A program made the translations under genes and the position numbers. The notes beneath the pieces are model-generated. The model did not search any database and had not been told where the DNA came from. It was given only the letters and a program-made list of their open reading frames with translations. 64,000 nucleotides of DNA from Azolla caroliniana (Eukaryota; Plantae; Polypodiophyta), in contig JBHGNT010000003.1 of assembly GCA_043228905.1 (NCBI GenBank), forward strand, positions 15,314,001 to 15,378,000. The letters are read 5' to 3'. Positions 36,511 through 48,866 of this stretch are shown here, piece by piece. Each line of letters starts with the position of its first letter. Within the stretch, counting starts at the first letter, position 1.

Positions 36511-36790
36511 TGTCGTGTGAATCTTCACACACTATGTAAAAAAATAATGAAATAATTATTATAGATTAGATTAGTAGCTTACTATAGAAAGATGGATATA
36601 CTCAAGAGCTTCAAAACGTATTTTACTATAATGGAGAAATACATATCAAGTTATGTGAAAATAAAGTTTGAGAAGATAGGGAAATTAGAACTATCCCACA
36701 TAGATAGGAAAGTTAAGGCCCTGGCTATATAAGCACCTTGAGCTCCCTCATTTTTCATTTGTGCTAAGAGCACTTTGGCCACTTTGTCTT
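36511..36790 (+). repeat. 3' LTR (truncated) of the 32750-36443 element
   Basis: GGTGGGGGCGAA purine tract then TGTCG; TATATAA ~36725; right end not identified. Confidence 0.55.
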
Positions 36791-36829
36791 GATGGATGAT
36801 GGTGGCCAAATTCCCTAAAACCATAAACT

Positions 36830-37110
36830 AGCTGGTAAACAAATCCGAAAACCGGCCGGTACACAAATCCGGAAACCGGTCCGGTAAGCAAATCTAGAAA
36901 CCGGCCGGTATGCAAATTGGAAACCGGCCGGTAAGCAAAACCGGAACCGGAACCCGCAAGCAAACCGGAACCGGAAACCGGCCGGTAAGCAAAACCAGAA
37001 CCAGAACCGGCAAGCAAACCGGAACCAGAACCGGCCGGCAAGCAAAACCAGAACCGGCTGGCAAGCAAAATCGGAACCGGAACTGGCCGGTAAGAAAAAT
37101 GGAACCGGCC
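36830..37110. repeat. Degenerate tandem repeats of ACCGGCCGGTAAGCAAAACCGGA
   Basis: About 10 imperfect units. Confidence 0.8.
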
Positions 37111-37309
37111 GGCGAGGGATTCGGCGATCGGGCGGAACCGTCTACTGGACAAGGTTGGACGCGGACGGATGGAAGATTGGATCATGCAACAAACTAAAGT
37201 AGAGTGAAGAGAACTAAAGTAAAGGCCATGTGGACGCAAGCAAGGAAAGTTCGAGTGCATGCAAAAAGTAAAGGTCATGTGGACGGTCACATGCAACTAA
37301 ACGAAAAAA

Positions 37310-37492
37310 CGGTGCCAAGTACAAAACGGTGCCAACCGGCACCTATTCAGAATCGGTCTGGATCCGGATCGGCATACCGATTCCGGTCCGTCCGTCCATA
37401 TTAATAAAATAATTACAACAGTTCCTGAATAAACTATTCCTTTCACACTTTGGTCTGGACATCCTTAAGCCTTCTTTGCCGGCCGGTTAACA
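37310..37492 (-). repeat. Truncated LTR type A (5' ~183 bp), inserted in reverse into integrase
   Basis: Near-identical reverse complement of 41522-41705; its end abuts integrase codons NKTLQNIL. Confidence 0.85.
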
Positions 37493-38180
37493 CAATAAAA
37501 CGCTACAGAATATACTGCGCAAGATCGTCAATGAGAATCGGACAGATTGGGACACGAAGTTGCACAGTGCGCTCTGGGCTTACCGAACAACGTACAAAAC
37601 AAGCATCCCAACAACGCCATTCCGGTTAGCATTCGGATTAGAGGTAGTCATGCCGGTCGAGTTCCAGGTACGGAGCTTACGGATCCAGATTAGGGAACGA
37701 CTTAATGAAAAGGAATCGGAGGCAATTCGGTTAAAGGCTCTGTGTGAACTAGAAGAACACCGACTAGCGAGCATCATGCACCTGGAATTGGAACAACGAT
37801 GACGGAAAGCGTTTGTCGATCGGCACTGGAAGGGAAACGAAAAGATGTTCGAAATTGGCAAGCCAGTAAAAGTGTTCCAAACCCGGATGGGTAAAATGCC
37901 AGGCAAACTACGGTTTAGATGGACCGGATCGTACTAGCTCACACGCGGGTTCAATGGGTCTTACCAGTTAGGGACACTTGTCGGCGAGGTGCTGGGTAAA
38001 TGGGTCAACGGATTTAGACTAAAGCCATACAAAGGACCTAGGCCCAAGAACCCATTTGAACGAAGGACCAACACCGAATCGGACGCTGATAGGCCAACCA
38101 AGACGACAACCTGTGAGGAAAACGGCTACCACTAAGCCGGTAAGGAGGAGCACGAGTCGGCAACCGGGGAGAGCAAAATG
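37493..38180 (+). pseudogene. Non-chromovirus Ty3/Gypsy (Athila/Tat-like) integrase C-terminal part
   Basis: [18 protein letters not shown]...TPFRLAFG...GKLRFRWTG...VNGFRLKPY; in-frame stops. Confidence 0.85.
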
Positions 38181-38664
38181 ACGGCAAACCGTTAAGAGGC
38201 CGGCAAGATGCGCGTTTCGGGTAAGGGTCCAGTAGGACCAAAGGCGAAGTAACCTAATAATCACATTTCAAAAAAATTAAAAAAAATTAAAAAAAATCGA
38301 ATGGAATCAAAGAAATCATGGAAAGGAGGGGTGGGAACGGTCATGCAAACGAGGAGTAAAGAGGCACTTAAGGTACGAGGAGGCTATGAATAGGACATTA
38401 AACCACCGCCACATGGCACGAAATGCTATTATAGTACACGACCTACACACGCGTAAGCTCGAAAAAGGCGCCAAGATGCAGAGAGAAAAACCCCCGCGCA
38501 TCGAGACCTTCTCCTTTCGCGAACCAAGGAGAACAGACGCAGACAGACGCGTGAAGATCAATCGAAGAGAGCTCGTGCACAGAGAACCCCCTCACTCAGA
38601 ACTTTCTCTCTCACACTCCCTCCACCATCAAACCTCATCAACACTCTCCGGCCTCGACGCAGAG

Positions 38665-41467
38665 ATGGACTGCCAAATACTGTCTGAAGCTGCCAAGAAA
38701 TGGCTACGACAACATGGATTGGAGGGTTTCTTGACGATCATGGAGGCGGCGCCACACAAGGAGGCCAAAAATATTATCAAAGACATTGACACTGAGCTGA
38801 TCACGGAGGAAGCGATCCATGCATTCACAGGCCTTCCGGAGGGGGGCATCTACACGATCGACAATCCTACCTCCGAGCAGCTCATCAAATATTTCTGTGA
38901 GTATTCTCTCGCCAGCAAGGGCTACAGGACACAGGGCGGCGAAGACATGTTATTCCGCAAAATTGCCCGTGTACTCCATGAGTTCGGCCACGTATACCCT
39001 CGACCCCCCGTTATGCCTCAGAACCAAGCAAGCTTGATTATCGCAACGTACGAAGGGGTCAAGGTGGATTGGCCGGTGCTGATCGCCGACAGATTGTGCA
39101 CGGCTATTGATACCGTAAGAGGTAAGGAAGGCAAAGAAGGCCGGAAAATATGGCATGCGGCGACCCAATGGCTCACCCTATTAGCGCCACTTGTCGAGCC
39201 CGTCCAGACTAAGAAACGGGGAAGAGCAATGGATGGCACCCTGAAACCTGCTTCAAAACGGCAACAGTTGTTGGCCTCCAAGGCCACTAAGGGGAAGACG
39301 GCCGACACAGAGAAGGCGGCAAAGGAGTGCGCTAGCCGGAAGCGGGACGGACATGCACGAGGAGACATCGGCACGGCCCCAGAAGAGCCCACTCCACCGA
39401 CCGGTGCAGCGAGAAACGGACACCCTGGCGGCAAGAATGAATGTCGAGACTCAAGAGGAGGAAATGGAGGAAGAGCCTACGGAGCACCTCCAACGGCAGC
39501 CGGTGAGGAGGACCGCATAATCAACCGGAAAGCGATCGGACCCACAGAAGAATGGAACGCTCGCAACCCACACTGAGAATCCCACGCCAAGGGAGGCACC
39601 GGAACCGGTTCGGATGAAATCGGTCACAGAAGTCCATGCACAACAGGCAACACCGGCAAGCCCCGCAACTCAAGAGCCGGTTATACAAATGCCAACCTCC
39701 TCAGCTGGCCAAGAACAAGCAGAACAAGTGCGGCCAGCCGAAACACAACCGGAACCTGAATGACAAAGTGGTCAACAGGCAGAGTCGGAATTGCCGCTCG
39801 ACGTAGAAAGGCGGGACCAGCCACCGGCAAGTGAACCCATTAGCCAACCTGTCGTGCAGACGCAACAACAGGACACCGGCAGCCAATGGCTCCAGTGGAT
39901 AGGAGAACAAATTGCCGGGGTAGTCGGATACATAGAGGCGGAAGAAAGAGCGCAAACAGAATGGTAGCTCGTCACAACCGATGAACTGGAGACAGCCCGG
40001 TCCAAAATCCGGTGCCTCAAACAAGACTTGGATCGGGTCACAGAAGACATGGCCAAAATGGCCTTAACAACAACACAGATCCAAGCACCGGTGACTCCGG
40101 TGGATGTACATACGAATAAGACCCCGGAGACAGAAACTGTTCCGGAGAAAGATGCGGCGCAAGCCCAAGAGCTTGCCGACTTAAGAGACGAACTTGCCGC
40201 ACAAGAAGCATTACGGAGCCGCGAATGCGACTTGAAGGTGGCCGAAGAAGAATTAAAGAAGACTACTGAAAACCTCCGCCGGGCAGAGGAAAACCTGCGT
40301 AAAGGACATCAAGCTTACGACTAGCTAAAGGAGGAAAAAGAGAAATTGTTGCAGGAGAAAGACAAGCTGCGACGGATGGCAGAGACGGAAATCAAAAGGC
40401 TAAAGGAAGAACTCTGTCAACAGAAGGACCGGGAGGACCGCACGCGCCGGCAGATCAACCAGAGGCTGAAGCAGAAGACCGATGATTTTGATCATCTGCA
40501 CCGGGACTACAAGCAGCTGGAGGCGGAGTATAAGCAACAGCATGAAAGGTTGGCCGAGCTCCGACAAGAAGTTGATAGGGCCACAACGGCACTCGCCGAC
40601 GAACGAGCGGAGAATTCAAAGCTATTGGAGGAAGCGGCGATGGACCGGATGGAGCTCCACAAGCAGAACCATGAAGAAAAGGAAAGAGCGACAATGGTGT
40701 TACAGAGGTTGCAAACAACCTATCAAAGTCAATTGTCGCATTATAGGGAACAGGAGGCGGACACGGTCAGAATCATCAAGCAATTGAAAGAGGAGCGACA
40801 AGCCGCGGAGAACAAATCACGGATGGGAATCGAACGGATCCGGTGCATCCTCCGGGCATGGCTCACCAAGACCAAATGCTTGATTGACGAAAGCTCTGTG
40901 CAATGGTGGACGAAATGGGCGCAGAATACGACGGAACTCCAATTGCTCAGGGCGGACGTGGAAAACCAGCGGAAGGAAGGTGACGACTGTTATACGCTGA
41001 CATCGGAGGACTTCACCACCATAAGGGATGAGCTGGCCGAAGATTTCACAGCCCTGGCGGATGAACAATTGGTGCAGGTCCGGCAACTCATAGCTCAACT
41101 AGACAACGATCGGTTGGTGGCTCAAATCCAGTTTGAGAGTTATGAGCGGTCCCATCTTCGGGAAGAAAAAGCAAGGCAGGCGGCAACGGTCAACCTCAGT
41201 GATGAGGAACCGTCGCCGGTACAAGGACCAGACGAGGACCAGGCCGGGGTCAGTCAGCCAGCGACAACTCCGACGGAGGAAACAACGAAGGAAACGCTGG
41301 TGCCAGAGCGACAAACGGAGCAGCAGCCCCAAACAGAGAAGGCACAAACGGAGCAGCCACCGCAACAACCACAAACGGAACAGCAGCCACAACAGCAACA
41401 ACAGATTCCCGATGAGCCATTGGAAATTCTGGAGCAAAGCATTCTGGACATTTTGGACGAAGAGTAG
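38665..41467 (+). pseudogene. Extra 3' ORF of the Gypsy element (globular N-terminus, long coiled coil, Q/E/P-rich tail), disrupted
   Basis: ORFs 38386-39576, 40028-40324 and 40346-41467 lie between integrase and the LTR; one frameshift and stops; stop 54 nt before LTR-A. Confidence 0.65.
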
Positions 41468-41502
41468 CAAGGCCGAATAATGGGCTCGACGTACAAGGTA
41501 CT

Positions 41503-41519
41503 GTCCCACAGGCGTGCCA
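41503..41519 (+). promoter_or_regulatory. tRNA-Arg 3'-end copy GTCCCACAGGCGTGCCA at the PPT position
   Basis: 2 nt before LTR-A; no purine tract between the ORF stop and the LTR. Confidence 0.7.
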
Positions 41520-41521
41520 TG

Positions 41522-41959
41522 TGTTAACCGGCCGGCAAAGAAGGCTTAAGGATGTCCAGACCAGAGTGTGAAAGGAATAGTTTATTCGGGAACTATTGTA
41601 ATTATTTTATTAATATGGACGGACGGACCGGAATCGGTATGCCGATCCGGATCCGGACCGATTCTGAATAGGTGCCGGTTGGCACCGTTTTGTACTTCGC
41701 ACCGGAGACCTATATAAAGGCCCGGTTACAATGTAATTGGCAGCTGATAATTAATAGAACTTATTGCCTTAACCTTTCAGTATTGATTACCGTTCTGTAC
41801 TCATTGTTATATCTTACGCGTGTTAATGACGTATTGCTAAGTAACCAATTAAGGTCTAATTAAGCGTTGTGTCGTAAGTCATCCTGCCGTAACACCCTTT
41901 GGTGAAGTGTCTTAAGTGGACACCCTGTGTTAGGCTGTTGTCCGGCCCTAGGATTAACA
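41522..41959 (+). repeat. LTR type A (3' LTR of the pol-bearing unit and 5' LTR of the non-autonomous unit)
   Basis: TGTTAA...TTAACA termini, TATATAAA ~41711, followed by TGGCGACCAC at 41967. Confidence 0.9.
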
Positions 41960-43965
41960 CAGTATTTGGCGACCACTAAGGCGACCCCCCTTTGGAGACA
42001 GAGTTCAAGAATGATAAGCGGCAATGCAAGAAAAGTGACAAATGATGGCGATGATGTGTAGGAACTGACAATATGTACAAGTGAGTGAGAAATTGAAGAT
42101 TGACAATGTATTCATCACAAAATGAGGAATTGATGAATCGACAAAGAAGTGTTCAGCATCCCTAATCCATGTTTAGTCATAAGCAGAGACAAATATATCC
42201 TCTGATGTGTGTTAAAGTAGAGACAAATTTGTCCACAGTTTACAAGTTAAAGCACAAATGTGTCTCCTCATTATCACCATTTCAATCATCATCATCATAT
42301 CCACCTAGATCATTCTTAACAAAGAGGGAGAAGATGATGATCATGACGAAGGCGAATATGAACATGAAATGTTGTGTGGTTCGTGCAATTATGCTTCGTT
42401 GACAAAAACAGTGAAGGACGGAGAAATAAACGCACAACCAAATAGAGACGATTTAAGGGCCCGAAAGAAAGTGATGGTCGTACGGCCAGAAGGACCGAAT
42501 AGAGCCAAAGACAAAAACGGTTAGACACAGCCAAACCGCGGCCAAAACAGAGGCCGGAAGAACGCTCGGATAGTGATGACTGAAGAGAGTGGCCACGCAA
42601 CTGGAGGCCAACCGAACAAGACTGGCGACGATGAGAAAGGCATCAGGAACGGTCACCACCAACCGACAGCAGCCGAAGCAGAGCGGCCGGAGAGCAGTCG
42701 GAATGGCCTAATAACAGCCGAAGAGCGGCAAAAATGGCCGAACAACGCCTGAAGAGCAGTCGGGCAATAGTCGGAACGGTTGAAGTAGCCGGACAATGGC
42801 TGTAGCAGCCGGAGGGTCAGACAAGGGTCGGATGAAGCCGCATCGGTCGCCAAACAAACGATGGCGGCCGGAACGATGATGGATTCAACGTACAACTGGC
42901 CAGAGACATGCTGGACAAAGACGGCCGAAACAGCGACAGTGCTGCCGAAAAGCGACGGACCTCGGCCAAAACCGACGGCCGAATAGGGCCGACAAGGTCG
43001 GTGACAGAGACATCTGAAGATGGAGCGGACAGACATGGCCAGACGGGCCAGACAGCGGAAAGAGCGGCCAGAAGGGCCGGAAACCGGTCGAAACGGCGGG
43101 AGATGGAGACGGACGAGCGGCCAAAGAGTGGCCGAGGAGTGGCCGAGGAGCGGCCGAAGCGGCCCTAATAGCCAAACAGTGGCCGGAGTGGCCAAACGGG
43201 CTGGACAGACGACCAACCACAACAACCAAAACAAAGACAACGCAGAGAAGAAAGAGGCAGACATACAGAAAATAAGAAGAAGAGAGAAGAGAAATGCAAG
43301 GAAGAAGAAGAACAGAGAAGGAAGAAAAAGAAGATGTCATGGAAGAAGAGAAAGGCATGAACAGACAGACACGAAGTGGAAGAAACAGAGAAAGAAGAAG
43401 AAAGAGAGAGGAGGAAAAGAAAGACAGGAAGAGGAGAAGAAGCAACGGTTAACACCGAGAAGGAGGAAGAAGATGCTGACAACACACAGGAGAAAACATA
43501 AGAAGACAAACACTAAAAAAAAAAAATGAGAGGGAAAAAGAGAAGAGAGGGGCATGCGAAGAAATTTTAAAATGTTGAGGGTAGCAGCCTAAAATTTCAG
43601 AAACTTGGGGGTACTGAATGAAATTTTCAAAACTCGAGGGTACATATCAAAATTTTTAAAAAAAACAAGAGGGCACCACCAAAATTTAGAAAATCCCCAA
43701 GACTACTCACACACACTCAAAAAAAAGGAAGAACATACATATACACGACATGATTTTGGACCCATGAAGAAGTTCGTAAGCCGACAAAATGAGAATGTTC
43801 GTGTCACGGAAAGATTTGCTGACCGACAAAGATGTTCAAGTCAAGCACTCCGATCGAGGGAGTCGATCATTGAAAGGACCGATGGAAGTTCCGGTCGAAG
43901 AAATATCATCATCAAGGCATGTGGGATCGACGTGCAAGGCACTCTCCCACGAGCGTGCCATATTG
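41960..43965 (+). mobile_element. Non-coding internal region of the A/B family
   Basis: PBS at 41967, CGGCC-rich block, long GA-rich tract, TCCCACGAGCGTGCCA at 43945-43960; homologous to 17072-19495. Confidence 0.85.
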
Positions 43966-44478
43966 TGTTACCCTGTACGAGATGTATGGAGAGTCAAGTG
44001 TGATGAGCGAGGGTCGAATGTTATCATGATGTTGTTGTGTATGTGTAGGGGGCATAAATGTAATTGTGAGTCTATACGCATGTGAACACATGCACACGTG
44101 TGTGCATGTGGATGGATACGAGGAGGTGTGAGTGAGTGTTCAGTATGAATGCTCGAGGGGGGCTTACACCCCTATGTATCTACCCCCTCTTGTACTATTT
44201 AACCCCTTATGGGGAATGAATGAATACAACAATAACCATATTTCTCTCTCTCTCTCTCTCTCTCTTTGACATCTTTCTCTCCCCCTTAACGTTGAACTCC
44301 CTTGGGAGGGGGGTGGAGCCATTCTAGGCACCACCCCCCACCCCACAATGCTTCTCAATGCTTGTCTTGTTCTTCATGTTCTCTCTCACAATCATACCAT
44401 TCATCATTTCCACTATTAGACCATGTCTATCTTCATTATCAATTATCATTATCATTAACCCTAACCCCAAAACCTACA
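43966..44478 (+). repeat. LTR type B
   Basis: TGTTACCCTGTACG...AAACCTACA; homologous to 19496-20025; abuts chromovirus gag. Confidence 0.85.
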
Positions 44479-45628
44479 ACACTCCATTAACGCTTGATCA
44501 TCCTAGGGGATATTGGAGACGAGTAGACGAAAATCTACAGCGTATGCGGAGGCTGGACGATCACCTTGACGTAGTCGTCGAATTTTGTTGATTGTTGTCC
44601 TTATGCTGTCAGTATCTCCAAAACAGGCTTTAAACTCACTTATAAATTCTTCAAAATTGTTTAATACTAGAGATTCTTTTTCTAACAACGGAGCGAACCA
44701 TGCCAACGCTGAACCACTTAACAATGTGCCTACTAAACCCACTCGTGATACATCGGTGGGATATCGGGAAGGATGCATTTGAATAATAAGTGGTACCTGA
44801 TTGAGGAACCCTCTAAACTGCGATCGCGTTCCATCGAATTTCATGGGAAGGCCGATCTTGGGTTCTTTATGAATCCCTTGTGTTCCAGGTCCTTGTTGTT
44901 GCATCGCTACGATGGTTGCTTCGAGTTGTTGCACACGTAACGTTAGCTCCCCGTGTTGTTGTTGTTTTTCCTGCGCTATTTGTTGAAGATCCCCCAACAA
45001 ACGGTGATTTTCTTGTTCTAGTGCTACAAATTTCTCCTTTAAGCACTGGAGCTCCGAGAAAACAGATTGGTATTCCTAAGTGTTAACAGTTTCCAGTTTA
45101 CTATGGAGGATAAGGGGATTAGTATGAAAGGAAGAAAGGGGTAAGAAGATGTGGGAAACCGAAAAGAAGACCGGAAAAAGGGGATATGTAAGAAGATAAA
45201 AGGAAGAGGAGGAAAGGAGGAGACGGAAGGAGGACATAAGCAAATCGGTTCAAACTGTCAGGATCAGTACTAAGACAGAGAAGGAATTAGTATTAAAAGA
45301 TGAGGATTAGTACTAAGAGAGGTGTAGAACTCTCGAGAGAAGGAAAGAGTGAGCGAGAGAGAGATGGAGAGAGAGAAAGGGTGAGAGAATGATGATAAAA
45401 GATATATATTATGTGAAGAGAGTATACAATAGTAGCTAGGAGGCTTAAGACTGGCATTGAACCGATTTGGTTCGAAATAATGCCTTGTACCTCCTTTTAT
45501 AGTGTTCTCAGGAGTAATTAAACATAAATGAAAATAATATTCTATGTATTACAATGTATGGTCCAGTGGTCAAGAGATCGACCCATGTAGCATAAGGTCA
45601 TGGGTTCGAGTCTTGCCATATCATGACA
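44479..45628 (-). mobile_element. Ty3/Gypsy chromovirus (Tcn1/Tf1-like) 5' fragment: LTR 45256-45628, self-priming PBS, gag
   Basis: ORF 44503-45000 (KFDGTRSQFRGFLNQ, ALAWFAPLLE, LRQG); TGTCA...TGACA; TATAAAA 45495-45501. Confidence 0.85.
45559..45612 (+). pseudogene. tRNA-derived sequence with A and B boxes at the outer end of the LTR
   Basis: TGGTCCAGTGG and GGTTCGAGTC at canonical spacing. Confidence 0.55.
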
Positions 45629-45639
45629 ATTAGAGATCC

Positions 45640-47789
45640 TAGTAGTCAGGCACATGTGCGGGCCCTACGGCCGGAAACCGTCTCCGGCAAAGGTAGAGGC
45701 AATCTCCGTCATGAAGGAAGAATGCAAGTCAGTAACGGAGGTGCGGAGATTCTTGGGAGCATGTGTGTTTTATCACATCTGGATTCCGCATTACGCGCAC
45801 ATAGCAGAGCCACTTTACGGCTTGTTAAAAAAGGGGCGTAAGTTCGAGTGGGGGATGGAGCATGTGGAATCAGTGTGGAGGTTGAAAGACGCACTTGTCG
45901 CGCGGCACAAGCGCTCCGGAAAGCGGTTAACGGCAAGAATGTTCCAATCTATGTAACCGTAGACACAAGCCCGACCGGGATCAGATGGGTGATCAATCAG
46001 GAGGACGAGAGCGGCATGCAGTTCCCGATCCGATCCGGGGCGAAGGTATTGAGAGAGTGACAATGAGGGTACCCCCAGGTCAAACGCAAACTGTGGGGTA
46101 TCGTTTCGGCAGTCAAGGCCGACAAGGACTATCTAATCGGAACGGAAGTAATAATCGAGACAGACTGCCTACCAATTCTCGGTATGATTTCCAGATGCGC
46201 GACTCCGGACCTGGCAATGCTCAGGTGGATCGCGTACGTCAAGTCTCTAAATCCGGAGATACGACACATCTCCGGTAAGGACAACACCATGGCCGATATG
46301 CTTTCAAGAGTACGATTCGACAATGAAGACGGCATGGTTTCGGAGAATGAAAGAAGTTGGTGAGGACTTCTTCAAATCAGCTCGCATAGCCGCAAAGGCT
46401 GGGAGCACTCCGGTGCTTAACGAGTTCGATGAGAGTAGGTACGACGGGGGGTGGCTCCAAATTGGAAGGTTCCCGAGGACAACGACGCCGGACGCGGCAT
46501 GGACCAGAAAGGAGGCTAACCGGGTTTGGAAGAAAGCGTACTGATTCTTCCTACGGGATGAAAGTATATGGAAGCTCCCAAAGAAGCGAAACAAAGTCCC
46601 ACTCCGAGTGGTGGCAAGGAAGGAAGAGTAGGAAGCATTTCTAACGGCGTACCACGAGAGTCCTTGGGCCGGGCACTGGGGGACATGGGCCACGTTTGAG
46701 AAGCTGAAGGAGAAGTACTGGTGGTCGGGACTATACCAGGACGTGCATCGGTTCGTAACGACTTGCGAAAGCTGTCAAATGCATTCCATAGTCCGACATC
46801 AGGACGAGCTGCATCCGACTTACCCGCCGATCGTCCACTTCAAGTGGATGGTGGATCTAGTGACGATGCCGATGGGGGTAGGACAAATGCGGTACTTGGT
46901 GCTGGCGCGAGAAGACTTGACAAACCAAGTGGAGGGCCACGCACTTCAGAATAAGACAACTGTGGCGGTGTGCCGATTCTTGATTGAGGAGGTGGTGTGC
47001 CGGTACGGGTGCATAGGGAAGATCGTGGCAGATTGAGGGGATCTGGACACGCAGGAAGCCGAAGAGTTGTTCGACCGGCTAGGGGTCAAGCTATCCCTCA
47101 CTACAGCGTGCAACCCGGAGGCAAACAGGAAGGCGGAACGCGGGCACGGGCCGATCGTAAAGGCACTAGTACGAGCATGTAAAGGATGGGTCGGGGATTG
47201 GCCACGACTCCTCCCTTACGCGTTCTGGGCGGACCGAACTATGCACAGTTCGGTAACCGGGTTCATGCCAGCAAAGCTGATGTACAGGCAAAGGTTGGTC
47301 ATGCCGGTGGAGCGAACGATCTCCTCATGTGCGGCGATAGATTGGAGGGGCAAGATGAGCCGGGAAGAGCTATTGGCGGCACAGATTCAGCAGCTCGAGC
47401 GAAGATTGGAGGACGTGGAACGGGCAAAGGCGAACCTACGTGCGGCAAGGGAAAGGAACAAAGACAAGTTCGACCGAACACGCCGGTTGCGGCCAAAGAA
47501 GATCGAGGAAGGTGACTGGGTGTTGGTGTACGATAGCAGCCTCGACAACCAGCACAGGGCAATGCGCAAATTCACGAGAAGGTGGTTCAGGCCCTACGCC
47601 GTAACGAGCGCGAATGACAATGGGATGTATCATCTTGTGGAGCTCGACGGGACGCGGTTAACGGTGCTAGTACCTAGGAAGCGGATCAAGGCGTTCAAGA
47701 AGCGGCATGAGGATGAACCGGACCCAGGAAGCGTGACCGACAACGGCGACCGGTCCGAAGCAGTCGAGGACTTGGGAAGTGACGGATGA
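45640..47789 (+). pseudogene. Degenerate Ty3/Gypsy pol (RT end-RH-INT), same lineage as 32750-36443
   Basis: CGPYGRKPSP, LAREDLTNQVEG, WADRT, EGDWVLVYDSSLDNQH shared with the upstream copy; more GC-rich. Confidence 0.9.
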
Positions 47790-47888
47790 TTACGGGTCCA
47801 TCTTCTCCAGCCATTTCTTTGTATTACTTTTTAAGTTTCTTAATATGAATTAGTTTGTAGTCTATTTCTCTTTCTCTAAAACTTTGTA

Positions 47889-47890
<2 letters not shown>

Positions 47891-47932
<42 letters not shown>
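47891..47932. repeat. (TC)n microsatellite (another at 48271-48309)
   Basis: Pure dinucleotide run. Confidence 0.95.
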
Positions 47933-47936
<4 letters not shown>

Positions 47937-48264
47937 CAATGTTTTCTATACTTCTCAGTCACCATCTCACATTTACCCACCGATTGTATACCGTTCACAC
48001 TCCTTGCATCGACCTCACGGTCTAGAATTCACAATTCATTCCCTTCTCGTCAAAACTAAATATAAATCCATAAATACTCCCACTTAATACTATATGCCTT
48101 TTATATCCCACCCCTATAATCCCCCTATTCTTAGAGCCCACCCCCACACCCGCCCCCACCTATCACTTATCATATACATACATATAACCCCCCTCTAACC
48201 CACTTTCACTAATCAATCCTTTGCCTATCACAATTCCCCATTTCCCTCTCTCCCATCATTAAAC

Positions 48265-48312
<48 letters not shown>

Positions 48313-48866
48313 CCCTATATAAACCTACCCTCTTGTTGTAAATGACCTTGGCAAATTAGTTTGCACAAGGTCTTTCTAATGAAAATTTCTTAAGCTTTTC
48401 TTTTTTCTCACTCACTCTTCTTTTCTTCTTTCATCTCATTCTGCCATTCTCTTTTACTCTTGTTCACCTCTAATCCTACTCACCTTAGTTTCACTTGCAT
48501 CATTGCTTTATTTCTTCTCTTACTCTTCCCATATCATCTCAATAGTTGTGTTAGTTTGCTCGCACTCCTTGTCACGACGCTACGGTCACAACAATAATTG
48601 TTATCTTGGTTCCTATGGAGGGATTATCATCGGAGTTTGGAACCCACAATAGTGATACTTCGACTCGCATCGAATCACCATTTAGTGTCGAGTTCCCTCC
48701 ACAGCAGATGATGACTTTTGCCGCGATGGCATCAACTACACCAACACCAACAAAACCTAGAAGCGCCAACAAACGTCCTAATAAATGACAACGCGCCCCT
48801 ACATTATCCCCAACTTTCATCAACTCTAATCCTAGTAATGAAAAGGTCAATTCCTCCGACTCATAT

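Noticed and set aside
48330-48400. Hammerhead ribozyme upstream of the orphan ORF
   Set aside because: A hairpin is present but the CTGANGA...GAAA core with three stems is not
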